The notes: generated by a model not told the origin, from the letters alone. DNA of 64,000 bases from the human T2T-CHM13v2.0 reference genome, Homo sapiens (GCF_009914755.1 NC_060927.1); one strand, 5' to 3'; shown: positions 13,756 to 25,206, numbered from the stretch's first letter. A program made the numbers and translations.

Positions 13756-13956
13756 CAAGAAAGGGCAAAGAATTAAATACATATGTAGAGATTTTGTTAT
13801 GCACATATTTCTCTATTTTACATGAAATTCAAAATTTCTTAGACTCATAGAGGAAAGTGTCCTCATAGTACACTAAATGTAGTAAAATAGACTTGATGTT
13901 CAACACTCATCACTTTTTCTTATATCACCCATTTCCCAGTAGTCAATAGCTCAGTT

Positions 13957-14538
13957 TGAAGTCATCCTCACTGGGTTAACAAAAATTCTGGACAGAAATA
14001 TAGTTATACTTAACCATCATCAGCCTGCATTTTAACCCACTTCCTTGTTGCTGAAACTCACATAGAACCAGATGCTGATCATTTACATTCCCATTGTTTC
14101 TATAGATAGAATTTCTGAGGTTAGGGTCATAAGAATTTTGTTTAAGAATTGATTTGCATCCTCATTGTTCCTACAGATATATTATCTAACATTAGAATAT
14201 TAAGGCTTTTGTTTAAGAATTACTTAAGATGTTTTTCAGATCCCAAATTTCAGCAAAATAGTGACACCAGAAGAACCAAATCAGCATGAGAATACAGTTT
14301 ATTTCCCTGTCTCATGACTTCACCCTGTACTCTTTGGCCAATCAATAACTTTATACTTTGACCCATTCCAAAACCCTTAAAAACACTAGCCCCATACTCT
14401 TCAGGGAGATGGAGTTGAGATTTCCTCTTGTCTCTTTGTTCAGCGGCTCTATGATTAAACTTCTTTTTCTGCTGCAACTTGGTGTCTCAGTGTATTGACT
14501 TGCTGCACATATCAGGCAACATATCTATTATGTTTGCA
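13957..14538 (+). mobile_element. ERV1 (MER4-group) solo LTR, subfamily uncertain
   Basis: TG...CA termini, exact 4-bp TSD AGTT (13953-13956 and 14539-14542), ATTAAA poly(A)-like signal near 14454. Confidence 0.8.
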
Positions 14539-15461
14539 AGTTGGAAGAGGAGGGTAAAAATAAAGGAGGTTTGTGTATAACATGCATTCATTAGCTGGAA
14601 AAGCAGCAGAGCAGGGCAAAATATTAGCCCAGCATACATACACCTGCAAAGAGTTCTTTTCTACTGACTTAGTCAAACCTAACTCTTCTCAGGACTTATG
14701 TTTTGATAAGCTATGCAGGTTTTCCTTACTGTAACAACAGACTATATTTTAATCCTGATTATGGAACACACCTCTACCTTCTTTTTTTACTTTTGATTTT
14801 TATTCAATGTATTTTCTTCTGGCTTTATGTAAACATTTGAAACATGCCTATCCTAGATATAATAGCCCCTTTCTCCTGACAAAATAGTCCCCCCAAAACA
14901 CCATTAAATAACTACAAAAAATTGATCAAATACAAAATATATAGTTTTTATATAAAGTATATTTGTCTTTATTTTTTCAGAAACATTATAGAGCTATGGT
15001 TTTTCATGCAATGTATTGTTCCCTAAAAGTACATCCTACAATCTGGAGAGTGCTATCAATAATTTTATGATCTATATAATGAAAGCCATGGAGATTAGCT
15101 TATTTAGACAAATTCTCTTAATAGCTTAGCTGGGTGAACTAACAAGAGTGTTATTCTCTATAATTACAGGGATAGGAAAAACAAAGAGGCATCAAATAAT
15201 TTATTTGCTGTTTCATTGAATATTCATATTTTGAAATAAACCAAAATACTTTAAGGTTTACACAACTCTAATATTAGACAACCTATAAAAAGTATTAAGA
15301 GTGAAGTAAGGCATATTAAGCTGACTTTTCTATTGAAATACAGTCACTTTAAGAGAAGTAACTCACAAATCTGCATAATTTTTCTTGAAAACTGAAACCC
15401 AACTTTTGAAAAAGTCAGCAAGATAAAGACTCTTATCTGAGTGACTATAAGACACATGATT

Positions 15462-15486
15462 CACACACACAGACACACACACACAC
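15462..15486 (+). repeat. (CA)n microsatellite
   Basis: cacacacacagacacacacacacac. Confidence 0.9.
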
Positions 15487-16699
15487 CTTTGTCAGGCAAA
15501 TGGAAATGCATTAATGTAGGTCTTTAAGTTATACTTTATATTGCTAGTCATCACCAATTTAGATGCCTAAGGCCATTTCATGTATTGAATTCTTTAAATA
15601 AATCCACTTTAAATAGTCATTTATGTTTGGGTCAAATCCCAAGCTGAAGTGTTCCTCTACACTCTCCTTTGAGAATGATGACTTTCATCTACTACAAACA
15701 GACTTGTTGGTGGCGTATACTGAGAATAAGAATATATTAAATTCAGAAATGTTTTTACTTCATGAGCTCTCTATTTCACGTTTTTTTTTTTTTTTGTTTT
15801 CTCATTCCAAAGTGAATCTTATGGCAATTTGTACATACAAATTAATAGAATACTGTGGTTCCTTAATAAATTATAGAATTTTGCTAAAGGAAGAAAATTA
15901 TGTAAATATGGTCAACATAACTGAAATTATAGAACAAATATATTTCAGGAAGGGAAAACTCATCATCCAAAATACACAGTGGCTAAAGGGAATTATGACT
16001 TTCCAAAGAGACACATTTCAGTTAGCATATGAAATTTAAGTTGGTGATTCTTATCTAACACAGGAGAATTTTAATCCATATTCAAAAGTGAATTTCACTT
16101 GCAAACACCATTGTATATTCAACTCTTGCAAATTGTAACTGTCTTTTAAATAGTCAAAAATGTACTTCTTGAGAATTACCTGATGTAATATGCAACAATT
16201 GCCTTTATATTAGGTTTTAATTAGTTTAAGCATTTTCTTCAAAATTATCAGTTGTAAAGAAAAGCCCTCAGCAAAGATTAAACCTAAAAATGGTTGCATT
16301 CACATTTACTCAGAAATAAGGAAAAATAATTCATTTATGTTTTTCATTCATCTACATCCAGATGGTTTTCTTGACCTCATTTCCTATGTTGTCTCTAAAG
16401 CAATATATCTGAATATTTCCTGATGTTTTACTAAATTTTTACAACACAAAGCTTTCAGTGGTGAACAAAGATAGGCAATTATCTAAAATATATCATTGAA
16501 TTTGCTTGCCAAAGTCATTTTTCAGAGGTGCTTTGTTGTTACAAATGATAGCCCATTGGAATACTATTCTTTTAATTAAAGAGCAGTCTGATTTCTGTGA
16601 GACTTCATGATAAGCTTAAGTTAAATAAGACCAGATTTCAAAACTTCACAGCTAAACTGGCAGAAAATATCTAAAACTCTAGAAGATTAAAAATTGTGC

Positions 16700-16861
16700 C
16701 CAGGGTTAAGGGACCAGTTTTTTGGACCCTAAAATTTATACAATTTGTGAGAGGTGGAGTTCTAAGAAAATACAATATAACAAATACATAATTAGGCCAA
16801 GGAAGGGGTCAATGAGGGTCCTTAAAACTATATTCTTTAGCTTTATGGTAAACTTACTCTG
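16700..16861. mobile_element. Degenerate hAT-type MITE
   Basis: CAGGG start, 'tttatacaatttg' and end 'tttagctttatggtaaacttactctg'; a related reversed terminus lies near 36607-36660. Confidence 0.4.
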
Positions 16862-17219
16862 ACCGCCCATTAAAAACATACCTAATATGTTTGTTTTGAA
16901 ACAGGTAAAATCACCAAATCTATTAATATATGAAATCTTCTATCATATTTCAAAAGATAGAAAATTAAGAATTACAACCATTTCTAAGATGAAAAATATG
17001 CTAAGTGCTGATAGAGGCCATGTTGAAAAATAAAACTTTATTACAAACCAAAAATCTCCAACTATCATCTCCTCCTTTCAAATCCTTAGGTAAGGGAAGA
17101 CCAAATAGCAATTTTTCATTTTTGTTGTCATTTTGTTTTAAATCTAGCCAAGGAAATTAAAATCCACTGGTCCTTTCAAGTGTCAGTAAGTCTATAATCG
17201 TACAGTAAAATCTGAGGTA

Positions 17220-17512
17220 GGCTGGGTGTGGTGGCTCACGCCTGTAATCCCAGCATTTTGGGAGGCCGAGGTGGGTGGATCACAAGGTCAAGAGTTTAAG
17301 ACCAGCCTGGCCAATATGGTGAAACCCTGTCTGTACTAAAAAATACAAAAATTAGCCAGGCATGGTGGCATGCACCTGTAGCCCCAGCTACTCAGGAGGC
17401 TGAGGCAGGAGAATCACCTGACCCGGGAAGCAGAGGTTGCAGTGAGCCAAGATCGCACCACTGCACTCCAGCCTGTGCGACAAAGTGAGACTCTGTCAAA
17501 AAAAAAAAAAAA
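17220..17512 (+). mobile_element. Full-length AluS (Sg/Sx-like)
   Basis: Alu dimer with poly-A; TSD AAAATCTGAGGT on both sides. Confidence 0.95.
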
Positions 17513-17564
17513 AAAATCTGAGGTTACACAAATTTTGAAATTGTAAAGAAAAAAAGGACTTGTC

Positions 17565-17780
17565 CTGGAGCTAATTAAACTTAGAGTCAAATTATGATTC
17601 TGCTTTTTATTACCTCTATTACCTGGGATATAATTTAATCTTTTTTGAATTCAGTTGTCTCATCTGTAGAAGGTGGAACCATAACCCCTACTTGAAAGTA
17701 GTGTTGTAAAAATTATAGATAATGTATGTACAATTTTCGACATGAGATTATGTAAATAGTAGTTTCTAACATGATAACTG
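17565..17780 (+). mobile_element. MIR SINE
   Basis: 'ttcagttgtctcatctgtagaaggtgga' MIR core. Confidence 0.65.
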
Positions 17781-18044
17781 CCTGTTGTAGTATCCTTTAA
17801 CACTAACTGCCTATAGATAGTTTTACTTCAACTCTATATTTATGCACAAATGATCAAAGCAACTTCAAACACTACCTATGACTTGCTCTCATGAGTGTTT
17901 TAAGAATTTGGATACATTGTGTGTGGCTATGATTTTGTCCATGATTCAGATCAGTTTGGCTAAATGGGTTAATCTAAAAATCACATTCAGGTGAAAGTTA
18001 AAATTGTCCTTACATTCTTTCATTTTCTAGAAGAAACCAGAGAG

Positions 18045-18700
18045 ACTCGTGACTTCTGCTTAAGATACAGAAGGCTTAAAAAACATTACTTCTATTGTTA
18101 CAACAACAGTAAATTCACCACTTTTCTGGTACCCATTATAGAGTTCAGGTCAGCACAAAAACTAATCTGAAAATCTAAGGAGATAAATCCAAAGAGAAGA
18201 ATGATAAGAGCACTTGCTTACTATAGAGAGAATCTACCTGAAGCCAAACAATATGAAGAGAAGAATTCAGGTACAATTAGTAACCCATTCCTAAAGTCCA
18301 GATGTGAGCAGGAATGAGAATATAGAATTTCTGGAAGCCAAGGATACTAGGTGAATTCACACCAACACAAGTACTCTCCTCCAAAGACCTAAATGATGCT
18401 CACAAGAAACACTGGATAGGGATCACTCATAGTTTGAAAAAGCTTCCCCCATAGTGTAAGTGCTCAGAAGGAAAACAGCAAAGTAGAAAAGGCACAAAGT
18501 TCTGCCTGAACTCTTCTCACCCATCTCCCCAATGGAAAACTTAGGGCAAGATCGTGTTTAGTAGCTGGGGTTAGGGTAGCAAAATCTTGTTGCCTTCAGG
18601 GTACTGATGAATAACCATTGCAGATGAGGAAAGGATATTAAAAAATTAATTCCCTATTTCTGGGGCTATGTCATTGGGCCATACATCAGATATCTCAACA
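18045..18700 (+). mobile_element. Old L1M 5'-region fragment
   Basis: 'gacttctgcttaagatacagaaggc' resembles L1MC/MD-type 5' ends; A-rich composition. Confidence 0.4.
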
Positions 18701-18701
18701 G

Positions 18702-19067
18702 GCTGAGAGCCATGAACAGAGTTTTACCCATGTATTTATTGACAGCAAGCCAGTGATAAGCACTGTTGCTACAGATTATAAATTAACTAAAATGGGAAAC
18801 AAAGGGATGGGCTCTGGCTAGTAATCTGCAGCAGGAACATGTCCTTAAGGCACAGATCGCTCATGCTATTGTTTGTGGTTCAGGAACACCTTAAGCAGTT
18901 TTCCTCCCTGGGTGGCCCAGGTGTTCCTTGCCCTCATTCTGGTAAACCAAAAACCTTCAGCATGGGCATCATAGCCATCATGAGCATGTCACAGTGCTGC
19001 AGAGATTTTGTTTATGGCCAGATTTGGGGGCCTGTTTATGGCCAGATGTGGGGGCCTGTTCCTAACA
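18702..19067 (-). repeat. 3' LTR (MER9), U5 end missing
   Basis: Starts TGTTAGGAACAGGCCCCC on minus and aligns to 25322-25691; AATAAA at 18735-18740; homology stops at 18702. Confidence 0.93.
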
Positions 19068-19085
19068 TGTCCCCTTTTTGTTTTT
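19068..19085 (-). promoter_or_regulatory. Polypurine tract
   Basis: AAAAACAAAAAGGGGACA immediately upstream of the 3' LTR TG. Confidence 0.85.
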
Positions 19086-20385
19086 GCAAGACGATAAAAG
19101 CAAAGGCGGCTTTATCACTGTGAACTACTCACAGGAGTTGGGATCCGCATCTGCAGACTATACAAAGACAAACAACACAGATTAATAGCCAACCATCATA
19201 GAAATCATAAAGGCTCCAAGTGTTTTTATCCATTTTAATGGGTTGATAGCTGCTAATCCATCTGCAGCTCCTTCAAGCACTCCAGTTCCTGGCATTAAGG
19301 TCAGGTGTCCCTGGGATACTTTAAATATTTGTTCTTTTAATTTTGCAAAATCCAAAGACAACTTTGTAGAGTGTCCTTCTAGATACTTTTTTATTATTTC
19401 CCAAATTTTGATCTTATAGTTTCCACAAATCCTTATGTTTAGCTCCTAGAGTGGGCCATATCATTTGAGGATGAGGTGCCACTACACCGCCATGTTTCCA
19501 GATAATAGGAACTCTTGCCATACTTCTTACCGTTTCTACCATCTGACCATTTTGTTCAGACCAGCTGAACATAGTGTGGCCATGGCACGCAGAAAGAGAG
19601 GTTCAATTCAAGCTAAACATCCCCTTAGAGGACCAATCAATAACGATTCCATAGGAATCATTGTGCAGCACCTCTGCCTGTTCTGCAATGCAATCTTCTC
19701 AAACAAGTACGTTCATTTATTCTGACCAGGTCCAATCCTGTTTACAAATAGGTTTTTGAGGGCGGTATGTCTCAATTATAGGAGGAGATTCATTATGGTA
19801 AATACTGAGACCAGAAAGCACATGCAACTGTGTCATAAAGTGATTACATCCAAGCATTATTGCCAGGCAAGATTGATAGCAAGGGGGTAGGCAACTAGAG
19901 GCCTTTCCCAAACAGATAGGCGGATGTTCATACCCTAAAGAAATATTCATAACAGTTCCTTCCTCATGTGGGTGAGATGGGCCTCTATCATCTGTAGGAC
20001 CTAGCATCCAAGAGCTATCATTAGTGTATACCTCCACTGGGGTGTCTAGCCAAGTTACAAGCCGTAGAAGTGGTGTAAAAGGTAAATATGCCCAATAAGT
20101 ATAATTATTCTCTGTGTCAGCCCTTGCTAAAGGAATACTCTTGGCAATGGTGATCACCGCTATCATAGCTATCATTAAATTACTCACTGTGACTGGTTGT
20201 CCTGCTTTCCTCAGGTTTTCTTCCGCCATCTGTGACAGCTTCGTGATCTGTCCACAGGTAGGTGGCTGTGTTCGACGGGTGTTGCTCGTGACAGTTGGGG
20301 TCCTCCTCAGCATCAGTCTTGACATGGCTGCAACTGGGGGATCCTCAGGTTCCTCCCAGAATCTCTTCTTCGGCATCTGGCTCAT
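19068..20385 (-). pseudogene. env: env remnant: signal peptide, N-terminal SU and C-terminal TM, with internal deletion and stops; open ORF 19717-20385 (222 aa)
   Basis: NYTYWAYLPF, MNISLGYEHPPICLG, IDWS, DLWKL, then directly LSLDFAKLKEQIF..GLAAINPLKWIKT, all homologous to HML-2 Env. Confidence 0.9.
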
Positions 20386-22910
20386 GATAAGGATTCAGAT
20401 GTCTCAACGGCACCCAAATTGGCTGCTGATAAGGTCCTGGAGAAACACAAGCATAACCTCTACCCCAAGTTATTATTTTACCTGCTTCCCAACTTTTTGT
20501 TATCGGATCTCTCCACCAAACCAGTTGTTCTGCTTCTTTCTTTGCATCTGGTTTCTGTAGATGCTGTTCAGCTGCTGATAGCATCTGGCCTTTAGTCAGG
20601 CTCAAAAAATTTAAAGTCAATAATGCTAGATTCAATCGCATATGTGGTGTGCCTTAGTCCCTGTCTCCCCGCTTTTGCTTTTGCAACTGCTGCTCCAGGG
20701 AGAGATTCATTCTTTCCACTATGGCTTGTCCTTGAGAATTATATGGGATATCAGTAATGTGTTTAATATTCCATATAGAGAAAAACATAGAGAGAGCTTG
20801 GCTAGTATAGCCTGGGGCATTGTCCATTTTAAGAGAAGCTGGAATGCCCATCACCGAGAAACACTGCAAAAGGTGACATTTAACACAGGCAGAAGACTCT
20901 CATGATTGGCATGTAGCCCAGACAAAGTGAGAAAAGGTGTCCACACATACATGTACATAAACTAGTCTCCCAAATGAGGGAACATGGGTGACACCCATTT
21001 GCCAAAGAGAATTAGGTTCCAATCCTTGAGGATTAACTCCTCCTCTAAAAGATGAGGAATGCACCATTTGGCAAGTTGGGCATTGCTGGATAATAGCTTC
21101 AGCTTCTTTTCAGGTAATGCTGTATTTGCGTTTGAGACCAGAGGCATTAGCATGGGCTAAATTGTCAAAGTGTCTGGCATTAGATATTGCAGTAGCAACT
21201 AGGCCATCAGCCATTTGATTCCCTGCAGTCAAAGGTCCTGGAAGAGGGGTATGAGCCCTAATGTGAGTGATGTAAAAAGGGTGCATTCTATTCCTAACTG
21301 CTGTTTGCAATTGGGTAAATAAAGTCATCAGTTGTTCATCTGTATGAAATCATAACTGAGTATTTTCAATTAATTGTGTGAAATGAACCACATATGAAGA
21401 ATCAGAAATCACATTAATAGGCATATCAAAAGCAGTCAACACCTCAATTACAGCTACAAGCTCCGCTTTTTGAGCTGAAGTATAGGGCATCTGGAAAACT
21501 TTACCTTTTGAGCCAGAATAAGAAGTTTTACCATTACTAGACCCATCTGTGAAGACATTTTCAGCACCTTCAATTGGTTTAAATTTAGTTATTTTAGGGA
21601 GAATCCAATTAGTTAATTTCAAAAACTGAAACAGTTTCATTTTAGGAAATGGTTATCGAGAATACCCACAAAGTCAAATAAATGGGTTTGCCAAGTAAGA
21701 CTATTTATAAAGGCTTGCGGTATTTTTGCCTTCGTGAGGACAATAGTTTTTCCAGGATCACATCCATGTAATTTAACAATCCAAGTTTTCCCATTTCCTA
21801 TCATAGTAGCAATTTGATCCAAATAAGAAGTCAAAGTCTGTGAATTAGTATGTGGAAGAAAAAGCCACTCTACAAGATCTTGCTCTCGAACAACAACACC
21901 AGTAGGTGAATGCTGGGTTGAAAAAAAGAGCAAATCTAGAGTCTTCTCTGGATCTATTCTATTTATTTGAGCATTATGCACTTGTTTCTCAATTAGCTGT
22001 AACTCTGCCTCAGCCTCCTTTGTTAATTGCTGAGGGCTAGTGAGACTAGGATCTCCTCTAAGGATAGAAAACAGACTACTCATGGCATAAGTAGGAATGC
22101 CTAGAGCAGGTCGTATCCAATTGATGTCCCATAGTAATTTTTGAAAGTCATTTAATGTTTTCAATTGATCCCTACGAATGGTTACTTTCTGTGGCACCAT
22201 TGTAGTGTCATTTACTAACATTCCTAAGTAGGAGTAAGGAGTAGTAGTCTGAATTTTGTCAGGAGCTATAATTAAACCAGTGTGAAAAATCAAATTTTGC
22301 AAGTGATCATAACATTGGAGTAATATTTCTTGAGTGGGGGCAGCACAAAGTATATCCTCCATATAATGAATAACATAACACTGTGAAAATTTTTTATGGG
22401 TAGATTCAACTGCTTGCCCTATATAAGTCTGGCAAATTGTTGAACTGTTTAACTTGCCTTGTGGCAACACTTTCCAATGAAAATGCTTAGCAGGCTGCAG
22501 GTTGTTTACCGCAGGAATTGTAAACGCAAACTGTTCACAGTCTTGTTCAGCTAAGGGGATAGTAAAGAAACAGTCTTTTAAATCTATGACTATTAAAGGC
22601 CAATTTTTTGGAATCATAGCAGGAGAAGCCAATCCTGGCTGTAATGCCCCCATGGGTTGTATAACTGAATTAATGGCTCTAAGATCTGTCAACATTCCCC
22701 ATTTACCTGATTTTTTTCTTAATAACAAAGACTGGAGAATTCCAGGGGGAATATGTTGGAACTATGTGTCCTTTTTCTAATTGTTCAGTAAATAAGTCCT
22801 CTAAAGCCTCCAGTTTCTCTTAAGTTAGTGGCTATTGTTCTATCCAAATTGGCTTATCTGTTAACCATTTTAAAGGTATAGGTTCTGGAGGCTTAACAAC
22901 TGCCGCCATC
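20345..22910 (-). pseudogene. pol: pol remnant (RT, RNase H, integrase) with frameshifts and stops
   Basis: [20 protein letters not shown] (22354-22365, mutated YMDD), FTDGSS (RNase H), [13 protein letters not shown] and WGRGYACV (integrase). Confidence 0.95.
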
Positions 22911-23770
22911 AAAAATGATACCCTAAACCTTGGCAGGAACTTTGTCTTTCCACTTGAAGCGGTTCCTTCAAACCTTGCAAATTTTTTCCTAGTCTCATAC
23001 CAAGGACATACCCCATTTCATCAATCATATGTTGACTTTGAGGGCTGTATAATTGCTCTGGAATTAGAACTTGTGCTCTCCATTGTTGTAATAAATCTCT
23101 CCCCCATAAATTTATAGGTACAGAAGCTACAATTGGTTGAATGGTCCCAGGTTGTCCATCAGGCCCTTCACAATACAAAATATAACTACTTTAATATACT
23201 TCAGGGGCTTTACTAACTCCAACTATGTTAAATTGAGCAGGTTGAATTGACCATGCGGAAGGCCAATGATGTAGAGAAATGATTGAAATGTTCACTCCTG
23301 TATCTAACAAACTTTTACATTTCTTTCCCTGAATAGTTGTTTCACAGGCAGGATGTTTTTCAATAATTTGATTCACCCAATAAGCTGCTTTGCCTTATTT
23401 GTGCTTCCAAATCCTCCTGTTCGTTTAATTTCACTTTTCCCCATTTCCACATACAACACAATCAGGAGCTGTGCTATACACTCTCCTGGCTCTGCTTTCC
23501 AGGGAACAGAAGTAGATATAACAACTTGAATTTCCCCATTGTAATCTGAATCAATAACTCCTGTATGTACTTGCACTCCTTTTAAATTTAAACTAGACCT
23601 ACCTAGAAGTAATCCTACTGTCCCCGCTGGCAAGGGTCTATAGACTCCTGTTGGCACTTTTTGTAGGGGTTCCCCAGGCAGAAGGCTAACATCTTTTGTG
23701 CAGCATAAATCTACTGTGGCACTACCAGCTGTGGTGGGGGGCAGGCCTGGGACGGGCCCCTCATGGTGTT
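22909..23770 (-). pseudogene. pro: pro remnant: dUTPase, aspartic protease and G-patch
   Basis: GSATVDL, GRSS, GVIDSDYNGEI, RTGGFGST (dUTPase); LLDTG and NLWGRDLL (protease); [12 protein letters not shown] (G-patch); disrupted frame. Confidence 0.93.
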
Positions 23771-25056
23771 TCCCGAAATTGGGGTCCCATCTTTATTAAA
23801 CTTAGAGTGACACTGATTAGCCCAGTGTTTTCCTTTCTTGCATTTTGGACATATTCCAGACTCAGCAGTTTTCTTTTTCCCCCCAACTGGCAGCCTGACT
23901 CGCTGATTTTTTTTACAGTCTTTTTTAGTGTGACCATGCTTCCCACAGTTAAAACAAGCTCCAGGAAATGGAGTATATCCTCTACCCACTTTCAGTCCTG
24001 CTATGGCTTGTGCCAACAAAGTAGCATTATGCAGATTACCTCCAATACCATCACAGGCCTTGATATAATCAACTAAATGCACTTTCCCCCTAATAGGTGG
24101 CAGAGCAACCTGGCACTTGGGATTAGCATTGTCAAAAGCTAGTAACCGCAACACTATATCCCGAGCAGCCAAATCTGCAATCACCTTTTTAAGAGACTCC
24201 TATATCTGAGCTGTAAAATCTGCATACGGTTCTTTTGGTCCCTGCTTTACAGCACTAAAGGAAGGGTATTGCTCTCCTCCTGAAGCGATTTTTTCCTAAG
24301 CTCTAATGCACACTCCTCTAAGCTCTTCTATGGCATCATCCTGCATGACCACTTTTGCATCTAAACCAGCCCAGTCACCAACCCCCAAAAGTTGGTGTGC
24401 AGTTATATTAATTTGAGGTTGGGCCTGGGCATTGCAAGCAGCCTGAATGGAAGCTTCATCTGCCCACCAAGTTTTAAATTTTAATAACTGAGCAGGAGTC
24501 AGGCAAGCTTGAGTAAGAGTGTCCCAGTCAATAGGAATCATCTGACTGCAAACAGCAATATTCTTTAACAGTCCCATTACAAAAGGAGAACCTGGTCCAT
24601 ATTGATTAATAGCTTGTTTAAATTCTTTGAGTAATTTAAAAGGAAAAGGCTCAAATGTAGCTATATTATTTCCCTGTTGATCTGGGGGGTGTATCCTAAC
24701 AGGGAACTGCTATGCCTCTATATCACCCTCTCATCTAGCTTGCTGAATTCCTGCCCGAATAGAATTGAGAGTGGTCGCTCTAGGCGCTGCCCAAACAGTC
24801 ACTGGGGCCGCTATTTTTCAGCCAGTGTTCTCTGGAAAAGAAAGATCTGGAGGGTTAGCCACTCTTTTTCTTCAAAATAATGACAGAGTGCAGAAGGGTA
24901 GGGACAAACCTCTCCCTCCTTTGCCACTTTAGCTTTAGCTGGCAAACAAACCTGCTCTGTCACCTCTTCTGTTACTTCGTTATACTCTCCTTCCTCCTCA
25001 TCATCAGTGTGAAAAGGTTCCAAGGTGGAACCAACCAGAGCCCACACTTGTCCCAC
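23711..25056 (-). pseudogene. gag: gag remnant (matrix largely absent; CA and NC with two CCHC knuckles)
   Basis: GTG-GGA-CAA start (MGQ position), LAFDNANPKCQ (CA), CFNCGKHGHTKKDC and CPKCKKGKHWANQC; several stops and frameshifts. Confidence 0.92.
23768..23774 (-). promoter_or_regulatory. gag-pro -1 frameshift slippery heptamer G GGA AAC
   Basis: GGGAAAC just after the second zinc knuckle, followed by a GC-rich stretch, as in betaretroviral gag-pro junctions. Confidence 0.65.
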
Positions 25057-25088
25057 TATTACCCTGATGTTTCCAAGCTCCCCTTCTT

Positions 25089-25094
25089 ACTCAC
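25089..25094 (-). promoter_or_regulatory. Probable major splice donor in the proviral leader
   Basis: TGTG|GTGAGT between PBS and gag start. Confidence 0.6.
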
Positions 25095-25186
25095 CACAGG
25101 GATTGCTTAAGAGTACTCGGGTGTCCTCCAGCATAGTTCCACGTTCTCCAACCATTGCTCCGGCGACCCTTTGACCCGGGTTCAAG

Positions 25187-25204
25187 CCCCATGTATGGGC
25201 ACCA
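25187..25204 (-). promoter_or_regulatory. Primer binding site, tRNA-Lys type
   Basis: TGGTGCCCATACATGGGG 2 nt after the LTR end; compare TGGCGCCCAACGTGGGGC for tRNA-Lys(CUU). Confidence 0.85.
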
Positions 25205-25206
25205 CT

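Noticed and set aside
18834-18843. p53 response element in MER9 (GAACATGTCC, also in the 5' LTR)
   Set aside because: Only a single perfect half-site; no adjacent second decamer.
18839-19123. Paralogous ORF pair (18839-19123 and 25462-25725)
   Set aside because: These are antisense readings of the two LTR copies; similarity is explained by LTR duplication.
21637-22728. Functional reverse transcriptase (363-aa ORF)
   Set aside because: The catalytic motif is YMED rather than YMDD, LPQGM reads LPQGK, and the frame is broken on both sides.
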